This document shows, one piece after another, positions 10,860 through 24,642 of a stretch of 64,000 nucleotides of DNA (the stretch's first letter is position 1; every line of letters begins with the position of its first letter). The stretch comes from Bigelowiella natans CCMP2755. Lineage: Eukaryota; Protista; Cercozoa. The notes under the pieces are model-generated. The model did no database searches, was not told the DNA's origin, and saw nothing but the letters and a program-made list of their open reading frames with translations. A program made the translations under genes and the position numbers. The stretch spans positions 1 to 64,000 of the forward strand of contig ADNK01001134.1 of assembly GCA_000320545.1 (NCBI GenBank). The letters are read 5' to 3'.

Positions 10860-11860
10860 TTGCCACTAGCTAGCTAGAGCATGCAGCAAGCATGCGAATT
10901 TCGTGGCCGGCCTCGTGTGCAGCGCAAGCTAGCAAGCAATGAATCCACGCGAAACTTCGGGTCATGCTCACGCTTTCAAAAAGTGTTCGATTTCGAAGCC
11001 CCACGATGATCAATTCAAATGAGCTAGAAAGCGTTGCAAAACGTCATGACGTGCATGGAACCGCGCGCAACCATGCAATGCGCGATGCTGGCATGGCGCA
11101 CATACGAAACAACTTCGCATTGCACAATTCTAGTAGCTCGCCCAGCGCATTGCACACACAGCTCATACTAAAAGCTGTCCTAGTGCCCGATCACTTGTTG
11201 CGGTGATGCGTGATGCTTGCATGAATTCTAAAACTCTGAACCAGTGAACAGAACCACCTCATCATGCACTCTAGCACTTTCAAGCAAGCAATGACAATGA
11301 CCACTTTGTCCTCGCTGTCTTAGCTCGCTCGCTCAAAACATGTGAAAACCCATGAACAATGATCACCAGGACTAGAGGACGATAAGATTCCCAGTTTCAT
11401 TTGCGCATTTTCGGGCACTTTCGATCGGGCAGTCTAGACGTCTTCGGGCATTCATCAGTCCCATGTGAACAGTTCTAGAGCGTTGGTTACTCACAATGTC
11501 GCTAACGAACAATGGTCCCACACTAGCACGCACCGGTGAAGTGCTCTAGTACTAGCTAGAGCAGTCGATTGCATGGACAAATGAACTAAACATGCAGCAA
11601 GACATCAGATTTCACGCAACTAGGCAATTGAAAAGGGCCAAGTCTAGCTCTGGAGCTGTGTGGTACATTTGGTGCGGAAGTTGAGTTGGACTGCTCTAGT
11701 GCTGTGTCGCTAGCTGCTGTGATGAAAAAACAAACAAATTGCATGCACAGGCTCATCTAGTCTAGTAGTCATGGAGCTGTGGCATCTAGACATGTCCATG
11801 TACCGCCAAAGCAACGAGCAGTGTGGATGAGCTTTTGGTCACACATTAGAGAGCATCACA
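10860..11860. other. TpA-depleted, CTAG/CATG-rich intergenic domain between convergent CLP1 and UBC2
   Basis: Most surviving TAs are CTAG or CTA/TAG; CTAG runs; many CATG and TGCA. Confidence 0.8.
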
Positions 11861-12102
11861 CATGTAACAAATTGCAACAAACGAGAGGAATCGAGTAATT
11901 TTAGAACGTCAATGAATCTAGGAATGCATACGAGTGATGTAGGGTACAATGTGTCTGTCAAGGCAGGTAGCTGCGTACGAAAATTGTTGGTGCGATGCGG
12001 TGCTGCAGCTGCGCACGCGCTATAACGCAATGGATGCTTGTTTAACCACAATATTATCATCAAATAAAGTAGGCGACTAGTTTTATTATATATGGATACA
12101 TA

Positions 12103-12142
<40 letters not shown>

Positions 12143-12202
12143 TTCATCATAATCATATGTAAAAGATAACAGTTAGGTGTAAATGAAATGCTGGATCATG
12201 AT

Positions 12203-13231
12203 CTATCGATCAACTTCCATATCATTAGTTTTCATAGAGCTTGATTTTGCATCGAGGCTTTTAATATCCGCTTCTTTAATCAAGTTTCCTTCGTCCACTT
12301 GTTTTTCTAATTGGAAAAAATGTGATGATGCGATCATTCACTAGATAGCCGTGAAAATGCTACACTTTATCCCTGCTAACTAAAATTATGCTATTATTTC
12401 TCATTCAAGATATATCAATAGGTCTAAATATTTCTGGTACCTATCTCATCCAATCCCCAGCTAAGTTCCACGTGACGCATTACCTGAGATCGAACAAGAA
12501 CAACTGCATTACTCGCAAGCTATCCATCTTGACGATGGAACTAGAATATTTATTAGTTACCTGCCGATGATATGTCGCACGGTCGTTCACAAACATGTCA
12601 GATGCTATTTTATTCGCCGGGGACTTCGTGTTTGGATCAGTAAGGAGAGATTGTATCGAGGTAAGAATTGCCGTTAGGTTCAGCATTGGACTCCACTGAA
12701 TTAATGAATGAATTAACGAATGATCTTAAGAATAATGAATGAAGAACGTATTATGGTGAGAAATGAAAAAGGACATTCTACTCAATAATATAATCTAAAC
12801 CATCTTCATAGTATCGAAAAAGTGTCCTTTTAGTTTTAATATTTTCCGCCCTCCTACCATATTTTGAAGAATGTCCAGGCAGATGTTTCCGTCTTCGTAG
12901 ATATTTGGGTGGAACATTTTTGAGATAAAAATCACCTTTGTTATAATTATTGTTTGTTAAAACCATTAACACGTCCGTTATATTCTCTTCTTCTTCTTCT
13001 TCTTCTTTCTGACCATTTTACTACCTTCGGCGGCTTATTTGGGTACTCATCCGTGAACGTCAAATGAAGGCGGAACACGCCTCCCTCCCACGGTGAATTG
13101 TCTGGACCAAAAATGATGGCGTGCCAGATCATGACAGAGTGCATGTCCGCATAGGCCATAATACCTTGGGGAGAATGTTTTTTAAAATGTTTGTAGTCTC
13201 TCATAAGCCTTCGCCGCACGGGGTTGGACAT
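12203..13231 (-). CDS. UBC2: Ubiquitin-conjugating enzyme E2, Rad6/UBC2 type, 5 exons
   Basis: [43 protein letters not shown] (catalytic Cys), WSP..SIQSLL.DPN.SPAN, VELSW. Confidence 0.92.
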
Positions 13232-14427
13232 GGCGACCCCGATCACCAGCGCAGTCGAAGGCGAGAGGTTGGGAAGGGAGAGGAGGAGGATATCGAAAGT
13301 TACTTCTACTTATACTGCATCATTTACGGTAGAAATAATATTTACGATGTATCATCCTTAAACTATGGTCACTACATGTTGCTATGCAGCTGCAGATTTA
13401 GTATGATACATGTGTTTTCAATGATGAATAGAAAAAGGTGGTAATATCTTCGACATCTCGTCTTAATTTTCAATATTTTTTGGCATTGTTACAATGACAA
13501 CAGGTTGGCAATGTTTTCTGGAGGTGCCAAACACACAGTGAAAAACAAATTATTCGAGTCGTATAATAAATACCTCCTATGATATCTATTATATAGAAAC
13601 AATGTGTGTATATGACCTACGACTTAAAATATAATGGAAATATACTAGATATACCACTTATTTATCTTATTTATTATATTTTTAATATTTTGGCTATATC
13701 ACATTTAATCAAATTTTTAATTTCTCGGCTATCCGTTGGGATTTCAGCAAATGTCCGATAGTACCCTTTGTCGGCAAACTATGTCGGAATAGAATGCAGG
13801 GAAAGAATGTCATAATGAGCGTCACTAACCGTAGAATGTGGGAAAAAAGAAGGGTAGAATAAGTTCGTTGGAAAATAAAAGATTTTTGATTATTTGTTAA
13901 AAGTGAAAAAATGGACTGAGAATCTGTGCAGAATAAAAGCGTTTAGAGCTTAATTAAAATAAATTGGCTTCAAATTATTCTGCTTTCTCGCTGAGAAAAG
14001 AGACACCGTTGAATCCCTTCCAGCGAATAACATTAATTATCTCTCAATATTGGCGACTTTATATCCAAATATTGCTCGTATTCATAAAAAATGCTTACCT
14101 TTTCACTTAAATCCGAAATACACCCGGCATTTCGTTTTTCATAATTATGAAGTGCGCGATATAGGTGAAAAAAAATATGTAAGATGTAAGGATGATATAT
14201 CAACATGTAGTAAAACTATTAAAAATATAAACGACATAGAATATAGTTGGACGCTTATTAATTACTGAGGGAAATATATGTTAATATTTGATGAAGAATG
14301 CGAACCGCATCCTGCTTCTTGGCTGACAGGTTGAAAGAATCACAACCCAACAGACACACCCATCTCTACATAGAGTTTGTGAACTAACTGACAAAGACGA
14401 AATACAACCTGTGCCCAAACCAAAGTA

Positions 14428-15565
14428 ATGATCAATACTCTCCTCTTAACCGCGGCCCTGGCGTTCGTGAAGGCTGATGTATCCGAAACAGCTCCCATTG
14501 ACTGTGTAGGAAGTTGGACTGAGTGGGGAGACTGTTCAGTGCCATGTGGATGTGGAATTACGAAAAGACAGTTCAAGATCACCACCGAAAGTTCCAACGG
14601 TGGAAAGACCTGCGATTACGAGGATGGAGAAATGGATGGAAAAGATTGTAAAATCAAAGATTGCCCAATACCTGATATAAGCGAATGGAGTGAATGCAGC
14701 GTTACCTGCGGTAGTAAAGAACAATAATCAACATTTTAATATGAAATATAGTCGATATCATTTAAACTAATTATTGGATCCCATAAAATGAATTTTACAC
14801 AGGTGAAGGAATTCAAACACGTACGATTACATACAAAGACTCCGGTGAAGATGCAGTTGAAATTGAGGAGCCTCGAGAACAGCCCTGCTTCATGGGAACC
14901 TGCTGCGCCGTTGGAAACTTCTCGGAGTGGAGTGAGTGCAGTGCATCCTGCGGGAAAGGCACTCGAACAAGATCAAGGGTTGAGCTGACAGTAAATGGTC
15001 TCGGCTGCCCTGATTTGACTGAAACCGAGGACTGCCAGATTGCAGAATGCCCTGTTGAAAACGCTGCCCAAGCGGATACCGTGTGCTCGAAGACCGAACT
15101 GTCTTCTGACTTGCTTGAAAGTGAAACATCATGCATGACTGCCGATACTTCTGTTTGCTTAAAGACTTGTAAGGGTATCGATGAATGCAAGGTAAATCCC
15201 TTAATTTGAATTTACTAAATTTTAAAATGAATAACCTCGGTTGACGTTTTTCGTAGGGTTTCGATGAAAAGGATGGAAGATGCTGCTTTTTCTCTGAATC
15301 CTTAGAAGAACCACGCTACGAAGCCAGCAGTGGCTCCAGTTGCTACATTCTGAACGATGAAGCTGCACCTGAGAAGGAGGCCTCAGATTTTTTTAATCTG
15401 GGAGCTCTTTCTGGTACCGTCATCATAGGTCTAGTAGTTGCAGTTGGCCTTTCGGGGATGCTTAGCGGTGCTTCTGAAAGCGGAGGAATCTCGAAGATTC
15501 TCGCAACACCAGTTGCTAGTCGAACCCCGGATAGTAAAATTGACCAACCCACTCCAGGTATGTAG
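14428..15565 (+). CDS. Surface protein with three thrombospondin type-1 repeats, a PAN/Apple-like module and a C-terminal TM helix, 3 exons
   Basis: Signal peptide; WTEWGDCSVPCG, WSECSVTCG, WSECSASCGKG..R.R; CLKTC..C.GF...CCFF; hydrophobic GTVIIGLVVAVGLSGML. Confidence 0.82.
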
Positions 15566-15839
15566 GAGTTGAAATCTTCGAGTGAGGACTGGAATGTAGT
15601 ATAGTTGTGAAGTCCGAGAACCGTTTTATGATAGATAATAGCTTGCGCATTGAGTGTAAGGAAAAATTGTAGCATATTCACTAGTTTGCCTTAGTTTGTG
15701 GTGTTGAAGCTTAAATCCATTCAGTTTCACTGGTAATGATGGTCATGTCATTGTGATGAACACGTTAAATTTGTTAATTTTGGAAAATTGCGCATTATTC
15801 AAACCTTAAAAAGTTGGTACTTGCAACTGCTTATGGAGT

Positions 15840-16755
15840 CCAGCATCAAAATCCTCTTGATCAGCCATTCCATCGTGATCGATGTGCACATTGGCTATGT
15901 TGGCCTTAAAATGAACTCATGTCATCAGATTCTAGTACACATTGATCGGTGCGTGACCAAAACTTGCACATCCGTCCAGTCAGTGTGCATGCTAGCTAGC
16001 TAGACTTGCAACGAAAACCGAACATGACAATGCAATTTCCTCGCAGCACGCAACCATTCCATTGGAGGCGAATTGTTGAATCTAGCTTGCTAGGTTGCTG
16101 CAATCGAACATGCATGAACAGTTTTTGCTGTGCTGTGCTAATGCGTGTGTTCCATGATCCATGGTGATGCACATGTGCCATGACAGGCACACGACGTGCT
16201 GTGCACGATCGACGACCATCATTTCCATTCACAAATCATTCCAATCTAGGAATGGTGAAAAAAAAACTGTCATGCATTTGGCAAATGCCATGCTCTGGTT
16301 TGGTTTGAATGAAGCGCATGTCAATTCATTGCGAACCACTGGAAACGACTGGACGAGTCAATGGGAATGCAATGGACATGGATGTGCATCGCATCGTGTC
16401 CACAGCTGCAGAGCTAATCGTGAGACCGCCGATCGGCAGATTGATCAGGCTAGCGAGCAGGGCTGGCAATGACGAAGCAACGAATGTCCACAAACCACAA
16501 ATGAAGGTTGCTGCGGGCCGGCCCAATCCTTTCCTGGTTGTTTCCCCAAGTTCGCAGTGCGAGCTGGGTTCCTGCCGAGGCACAGATCAACCATGGACAC
16601 GTAGAAAATTGACATTTTGCGACCCATTTGAATGTTTTTGCCTTGGTGAGAAAGAAAGGAAGAAAAGGGTTCTTGTGATTTCCATCAATTTGGTTTCCAT
16701 CGATCTCATTGGTTGAACTCGGTCACCGAAGAGGGAGAAGAAGGTCAGACGGAAA
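15840..16755. other. TpA-depleted, CTAG-retaining intergenic domain
   Basis: From about 15940 to 16755 the only TAs seen are 7 CTAG, 2 CTAA and 1 GTAG. Confidence 0.88.
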
Positions 16756-16814
16756 CTTCTAAGCCTAATTTTAAAAAGTAACCCAGATTGGATTATGCGT
16801 CAACCACAGAACAT

Positions 16815-17564
16815 ATGTCGCATGATAAAATCGCATCATTTTCTCGTTTGCAACTACAATTGGAAAGGCTTACTACTTCTTTTTCTTGGAAAGTTCGCCA
16901 ACGACGAAAACCACAACGATCAAGATCCCCATCCCCACAGCAAATAATTCAAAAGAAAACAGCCCCTCACACTACTGGCATATCTACTCGACTGTAATAC
17001 CAATATGGTTATATTTTACGTTTCCTTTCATTAAAAACACATGCTTGTTACTAATCCACACAGTACTGGTAACGACGGTGCAAGTACTAATGTCAGCCGT
17101 ATCCCAGAACGACGATGACGACGTTAAGAATAGCGGTATAATGATTGATGTACTAGCATTCCAAAACTCACTGTCATCACTCTATCCTCCTGACTACAAC
17201 AGAGAACCCTGAGTGGGCAAAGAAGAGCTTAAGGAAAAAGTGCGAGTGCGAGCTTTGCAAGTCAGGGAAGGTGCGTCCACTAATTGTTGTGAATTTGCAG
17301 GTCCCCATTCTGCATGGGAAATACAACACCGTCTTTAGATATTTGAGTCGATATGATCTACAGGCAACATCTCATAATGATGACTCCCATGACCAGAGCT
17401 TAAACCAGAAAATCACTGTTGCTGGTGTTGATTTGCGTTTAATCGGTAGTTTACTTAGTAAATATTGTAGAATAAAACTGTCTTTGTCACTGTCCAAGTG
17501 AGTAAGTTAGTAAACAAAATATAATTCATGTGTATTATGTTTTACATATTTATATTCTTTATGA

Positions 17565-17606
<42 letters not shown>

Positions 17607-17871
17607 TGTGACGAACTACATCTTGGGTGACACACCTGTAATATCTTCCTCCCCTCTCACCATTTTTTGGTAAGTATGCACTAAGCACGATTGAGCAGGG
17701 TTCAAGTTAATTATATGCTATCACTACTAATACTAATACTACGTCGTGGTGGTAACGAGACTACTTTAATGTTTGTAAGGCGGAACGACAAAATGTGCTC
17801 GGACGATGATTAGGTAGTTGTGTTGAGAGATGGCCAGTAGCAACCACCAACTACTCCCACTGCTACTACCA

Positions 17872-17914
<43 letters not shown>

Positions 17915-20474
17915 GGCTGCTATCGTTTACCCTGCTTCTCTCACTCATTTGTTTCTTTCCTTCTCAGATACTTCGAGAAAGTATTTGGAGATGATAAAAA
18001 AGATGGATCCAAAGGAAAGGACGGTTGTAGAGCACTAGAAGGGAAAAAGGTGTGTCTGTCCTCCGACGCTGCTGCTTCTCCTGCTGCTTGAGATTAGTAT
18101 ATTTCATGATTGATGGATGACTATCTACATGTTCTTTCTTAGGTTGTGGAAGTTGGCAGCGGAACAGGTGTTTGAGCTGCAACTATCAACTATGTTGATA
18201 TCAATTAATATACATGATGAGAAGTAGTCATTATTCCAACCTCTTCAACATTAATAACCAATTCTTTATCGAATAAGACTGTGAGACGATGACGATGATG
18301 ATGAGGAATTGTTGTCACCTCCATACACAGGACTCGTGGGATCTTGTTTAGCACTTTTAGGAGCTAATGTGGGTCACAACAGAACACACGTCTTCTGCAA
18401 CTTGCTGCTGCTGATGGATCGATCAATCATCATAATTTCTCTTTTTCTTATATCAATGAGCTAGAATTACTGCTACCACCACAAACACAACTGCCATCGT
18501 TGTTATTTGTTTTTATCCATCATTATGATACTGCTGGTATCAGGTGACAATGACAGACCAATCGTACGTGATGGAAGTTTTAAATTTCAATCTCAACAAG
18601 ATCGGTACGTTGGTATATCAGTAGTATCAGTATTCTCATTAGTAGATTTATCATCATTGCTAGTAGTATTGTAAGTCCGTTGATCAAAGTAATGAAAAAC
18701 GGCATGCCACAAATGCAAGTAGCTCAATAGTAGTAGTAGGGGAGGAGGAGGAGACCGAATCACCATGCTAGTAGGATTTGTAGTCCACAGCTCATTGCTA
18801 AATGATTCAATCAATGCTGCACAATGCTGTTCTTTTTTTATATATTCTTCGATACCATCAATGAAGTAGAAGGAAGGGAGGAAAAAGGAGGACATCCAAT
18901 TATTTATGTGTTTTCATGATTTCGGAGATTCCGTAGATTGCTATCAGATGTTATATTATTCTGGCTTCTTCTTATTATTATTATTATGGTATGTCAGGCA
19001 AAACAGCAGCAGTTGCAAAGAAAGCATTTAATGTTGAAACCAAGGTGAGGAGGACAATATGTTATTGTAGTAGAAGAGGAGGAGGCAGTAATGATTACAT
19101 TTATACACACACACACACACACACATACACACATACACATACACAATCTGTAGTAGAGAAAGAGGAGTAACAGCGTGTACATGATTCAAAACTGGATGAG
19201 AATGCAACGTAAACTATAAGTATTTGGTTTGCAGGCAATACTCTTTACATGCTTTAACTCAATAAAAGAAGAAAAACGAGTATTGTTTTAGTAACAATCT
19301 ACCGACAGTGTGGCTACTACTACAGCAGCTGTTTTTTGCAGATACATTATCTATTTTCTATAAATGTTGTAATTGTTTTTTAAAGGCGATGTTTGTTTTA
19401 GGAGCACGTTTGGGGAACAGACACAAAGGAATTAGTGTACTTTATTTAACGATAACTTTGTTTTTCACTGCTAATAATCAATACATAATATAAGGCATAG
19501 ATAAACTAAACATTTTATGCCAAAATGATATTTACATCATCATCACATCATCATCATCATGCCGTTGTTAACTGTATCTTTGTCGCCGACATCAACAAAC
19601 AGCCCGTGTGATATTGTGGTGGGATCGGATCTTATATTCGCTTTGGAGGGAATACGGCCTTTAGGTAGAGGACAATCAATATCCAGAGATGTTACCCATG
19701 AGTGATCTTGGTTGTTTTTTACACAACGGATAAATGGTTTATTTTACCGTGTTTCTTCCTTCCTGCCTGCTATCTTTGCACATTATCACCACCATCGTTA
19801 ATTAACTATAATGGTGGTGATGATGATGTATTACAACAGTCAAGTCAATCACCAACATGGTGCGCGAATCTAGGAAGAAGAAGGATGATGTGGTAGTAAT
19901 TCTTCGTCCTTTGAACATCATAATAAACTATGTGAAATTGTGATAATCGTTTGTGTATATAAACCACATATCCGCAGGAGCATATCATTGGTGGTGATGA
20001 CATTTGGACCCCTTCTCATCTCTTTTCCCTTCTCATCTCTTTTACTTTTTCTCCCTCTCTTCTCCCTCCCTCCTCCGATGGTTCTCTAGGAGGCTTACGT
20101 TGCCGTTATTCGACGCTTTGAATGGGAAAAGCTTTATTTTGATCTTATGGTAGCAGGCAATAGTCGCAGTAGATTGATGATAATGCAATGAGATGTTTTG
20201 AAGTAAGAGGAGTGATGACTTAGCATAAAGTATGTGTGTCTCACGACAGGCCATAGGCCAGATAAATTTATATGATATCTTCATCATTAACGACATTGCA
20301 TTCTCATCACCCTACCAACAAATTGTGCAGGACAAGAACTTTGATTCCGAGAAGGTTTTAGAGGTTAGAGTAAACTTCTATTTGTTTTAACAAAACCATC
20401 ACTAACACCATTGGCAGCAGCCTGATTAAGCTATAATAAACCGTCTACTTACCACTACCATCACGGTCATCACC

Positions 20475-20522
<48 letters not shown>

Positions 20523-20653
20523 GCTTGCTGCTTCTGGCTATCATATTGCAGGAGGGTGATATTTGTATATATCGTTACAAATGGCACGGAAAGGGAGGAG
20601 GAATAATAAATGATAAAGCGACAAAAGACGTTTCGGCGGAAGATGGCAATTAA
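16815..20653 (+). CDS. METTL21/EFM-like (Methyltransf_16) protein lysine methyltransferase, many small exons; start uncertain
   Basis: Exons read TAAIVYPAS, ALEGKK|VVEVGSGTG|LVGSCLALLGAN|VTMTDQ, EHVWG, CDIVVGSDLIF; last exon ends SAEDGN*. Confidence 0.75.
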
Positions 20654-21158
20654 GTAGATTTATAAGATTGTGTAGTATGTTTCTTCTTATGAAAACATAT
20701 ATGCATTGTTACTTTTTTTATGCCAAATTAGCAAGTAGAGTGTGCTCTCTGCAAGCTCACAGAATGTATGTCTTGCCTTGATTTCACTCACCATTATAAG
20801 TACATGGCAATATAATACGGAGAACCTATTAGCTAGCTAGGCCTAATTGGACGTTATGCGATGCATGCTACATTTATCTACATAGATTGAATCACCATGA
20901 TTATCTAGTTATGAGCGATTGATGGATCCAGTTACGTTGTTGTTCGCAACCACCCACCTCCCGATCTAACCATATCTGTAGATCTATCTGATATACATTG
21001 CTAGATTACCGTGCACATTGCACTGTGTTACATAGCGCCGCCGCGGTGCTAGTGGTGTGTGCGAGACGGATGTGATCAATCAATCAAAAATTTTCAATGG
21101 TCATCCCTAGATCCTAATGTAACTGCGTGCAATGCAGCAGCTACAGCGCCGCGGCGAG

Positions 21159-21197
<39 letters not shown>

Positions 21198-21842
21198 CAA
21201 GTTGTGTGCGCGCGCGCGATATGCACTCGATCATGTGCACATCTAGACATCTAGACATGCTATATTGTCTAAATGCATGTTATTTGACTGTCGACGTTAA
21301 TCATGTAATATGTAAGTGATGCCTAGGTCTAGCTAGCTAGATAGAGGTGCCTACAGTGTCCTGGTGTCAATGTCTAGAATGTGCACATCAAAGAAGATAA
21401 CTCCAGAGCAAGCTTTAGATAGCTACTGGATAAGCTAGCTAGCTAGGGCAATACACCATCACCATCATTATCCGCACAATTGTAGAATGGCGGAGGATGA
21501 TCAAAGGAATAAGTGTGCGATACGATGCGACTGTTGTAGATGGCGTAGGCGGACAAGCACACCACACACATCATAATACCTTTTTCACCTATAGCAGTCG
21601 TAGTACATATAACCGTAGCATGCACATATTATAGTAGCATGCGATGTCTTGTGCCTACACAAATTCTCCATAGATGGATAAGCATGACATGTTGAACGGC
21701 TACGTCTAGACGTAATCAAGTTGATTGAGACACCATCGCTGGATGCTCGATGTTACGTATTGCCATTCGTTGGCAAACGAAACGATACGATGCAACTTGC
21801 ATATATATTTTTATATGACAATTTACGGCTTTACTCTAAATC

Positions 21843-22038
21843 CTACGTAAGGTTCAGGGAGAAACTAAGGCCTCCTCCTCCATCATTATAATTATTTCCG
21901 AGAGAATGATCTTCTTCCTGGTCTTCGTATTCGTCATCATCGCCTTCTTCAGGTACAATCTGAGTTATCACGTTTGAGGGTAACTTTTTTAGTGCAAATA
22001 AATCATATGGGGAAAACACAAATCAAAAATACAAGAAC

Positions 22039-22078
<40 letters not shown>

Positions 22079-22199
22079 TGGAATGTACTTTAATTTTTTA
22101 AAAACGATACAATTTGTCTAAGAATAAGTAAAAAATATATATTATAATTCATGATAGGTATGTGCTCTGTGCAGTATGTGTATGTGTGTGTGTGTGTGA

Positions 22200-22259
<60 letters not shown>

Positions 22260-22954
22260 TTATAATATATGCATACTGGAACATGTTTTGTATGTATAGT
22301 CTTCTTCAATATCAAAAGATGTTTAAATTACCAGATACGAGATGAAATTTGTTGACCCATTCCTATCCCGTACAATATGCTGCAGTTTAAGCATGCCCAT
22401 AGCATTCATCTGCAAACACGAATAATTCAATAGACGATGGCTCAGTATTACTACTACGCGAAGAGGTATATGTATGTGTATCAAGGTTTGCACCGGACAC
22501 AAAAGTTTCTTGATTCTGTCAAGAGAAGGATCCAATGTAGTTACGGATGTTGTCTCTCCAGCTATCGTAATTATTTTGATATCCTCTGTTTATTTCCACC
22601 TGGATCATCGTCGTGTCAGTCTTTGGCATTTTCGTCAATGACTTGGCGCACATTTGTATTAACCCTATGTTATACCTGAGTAAATAGAAAGAGAAAGTGT
22701 TGCATTCTGAGTAGTAACAACAGCTGCACTTTGACGCCTTCATTGGACAGCAAGAGCGGTATGGATGGTCCCTCACACCTGTTTGAGCAATACTCCTGAC
22801 ATTGAAAGTGCTCAAAGACTTCAGAGAGTTCATCGTTGGGGAAATCTATCTGGGAATGTAGAAGACGATTGATTGATGAAAAGGCGGAGATGTATACAAT
22901 GTGAGAAAACAAGATAACATGGAGCAAGGGTGCAAAACACACACACACACACAC

Positions 22955-22994
<40 letters not shown>

Positions 22995-24212
22995 GGCAGG
23001 ATGTGCTGTGCATGCAGTAGACCCTGCAGAACATGGAGTCACCGCCCGCACGGAAGCTCATAAAGGGCTCGGAAGGTGCCATTACAATTTGGACACTGCT
23101 TGTTCCCGGAATGTCGAGCTCCGAGAAACAATCTACGATATATCATAAAACGCTGTCATATTAAGCAAGAGACGAGACTTTGGCCGTTAGCATGTATCTG
23201 TATGCTTTTGTTCTTGCAAGGCATCTTCATCTTCATCACGGCATGGTAAGAACAAGCCGACCTTGCAGATACTTCGACTGACACATTCATATATAATTGA
23301 ATAGGTAAGATAAAGAAAATGAGTGAGTGGGAGAGAGGATGGGGGGGGGGTGAGAGGTAGAGGGTGGGCGAGGAAGGAGGAGGAGGAGGTGAAATTATAG
23401 CCCTGACTTTACCGAAATTATGATGAAGCAAACAACAGAACAAAGATACCTTAAGGCATGCTTGGTTTAACAACATTGATTTTCTGAAGTTGAAATCAAC
23501 AGGCCTTGGACCTTGCACAGTACGAATGGCGCACTCTGTTATGACGCCTTTATTTTCCAATCTTTAAATTAGAGATTGTATTATGAGATGAAATATAATG
23601 CAGCTATTTTGCGTTAGGATGCTATTACATGAGATGGACATCCTCGCCATATCCATTATATGTCATCGTTACATAGCACGAAGAGCTGAATATTCGAAGG
23701 CAGTCCAGCATAGTAGTCAAGTCGATCCTAAACTCTCGATCTTTCTCATCTCCTCCGCTGAGCTTATACTCTTGGAAGATATTGCTCTTCATGTATGCTG
23801 ATGCCTGGAGAATTTTGTCTTTTTCAATTGTGACCTTAATCCCCTCATCTGCGATCATGAACACGGCACCCTGATTATTCGACAGAAGAAGGAGAAGAAA
23901 ATATATCATTATGTGACGTTTAGGGAAATATTGAGCCATGAGATACCACCCATGGACATAAATTCAGGCTAAAAAATAAACGTATCGAACCCTGCCACTT
24001 GCTACCTCTTTATTCTTCGATTGTACCTGCTTGTCCTTCTCCATCTGCAGCACGCTCAAGATCGTTGTGAAGTATTCTGAATCGGTTACCTTGCACGAGA
24101 AGACGAAAGAGGAGGACTTGGAGTCCTTCGAACTGGAGGAAGAGATCTGCGAATGCATTGCGGTGGATTCATTCCTCGTGTCGTTTGCCCCCTCCTGGCG
24201 AGGGGAGGCCAT
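21843..24212 (-). CDS. RAD1: 9-1-1 checkpoint clamp subunit Rad1, multi-exon
   Basis: EGIKVTIEKDKILQASAYMKSNIFQEY, FRIDLTTMLDCLRIF, MTYNGYG, ENKGVITECAIRT, QMNAMGMLKLQH, acidic tail. Confidence 0.88.
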
Positions 24213-24642
24213 GGGGTTTGGGAGTAGAAGGTCTTCCCGATCCCCGTTTTGCTTGCCCTTTCCCGCCAAAAGCCGAGTTATTATTGTTCCAAAAAATAGA
24301 ATAAATAGAGCAAAAGAGAAGAGTAAATCACAGAGCGACTTGTCACAGTGCTCCTTTTTTGGAAAATAGTTACATATCACTGATTTCAACGATACAGAGG
24401 TGATAGCATGCGTGCGACAAGTGGTCGTCGAGTAGGTACCCCTCCTTGTAAGGTAGGCCAACTACCGGAAAGACAACTTGTTTTGGTAGAATATATTGTC
24501 GCACCATCAAAACAAAGGCATTAATTTCGTCTTCTGTAGCAATATTAACAACGTGGATAAATAGATCTGGATAGGTGCCCACCCCTCGGAACGACGAAGA
24601 CCACTTCCTTGTTCCAAAGTGTACACAAAGCAGCACTCCAAC

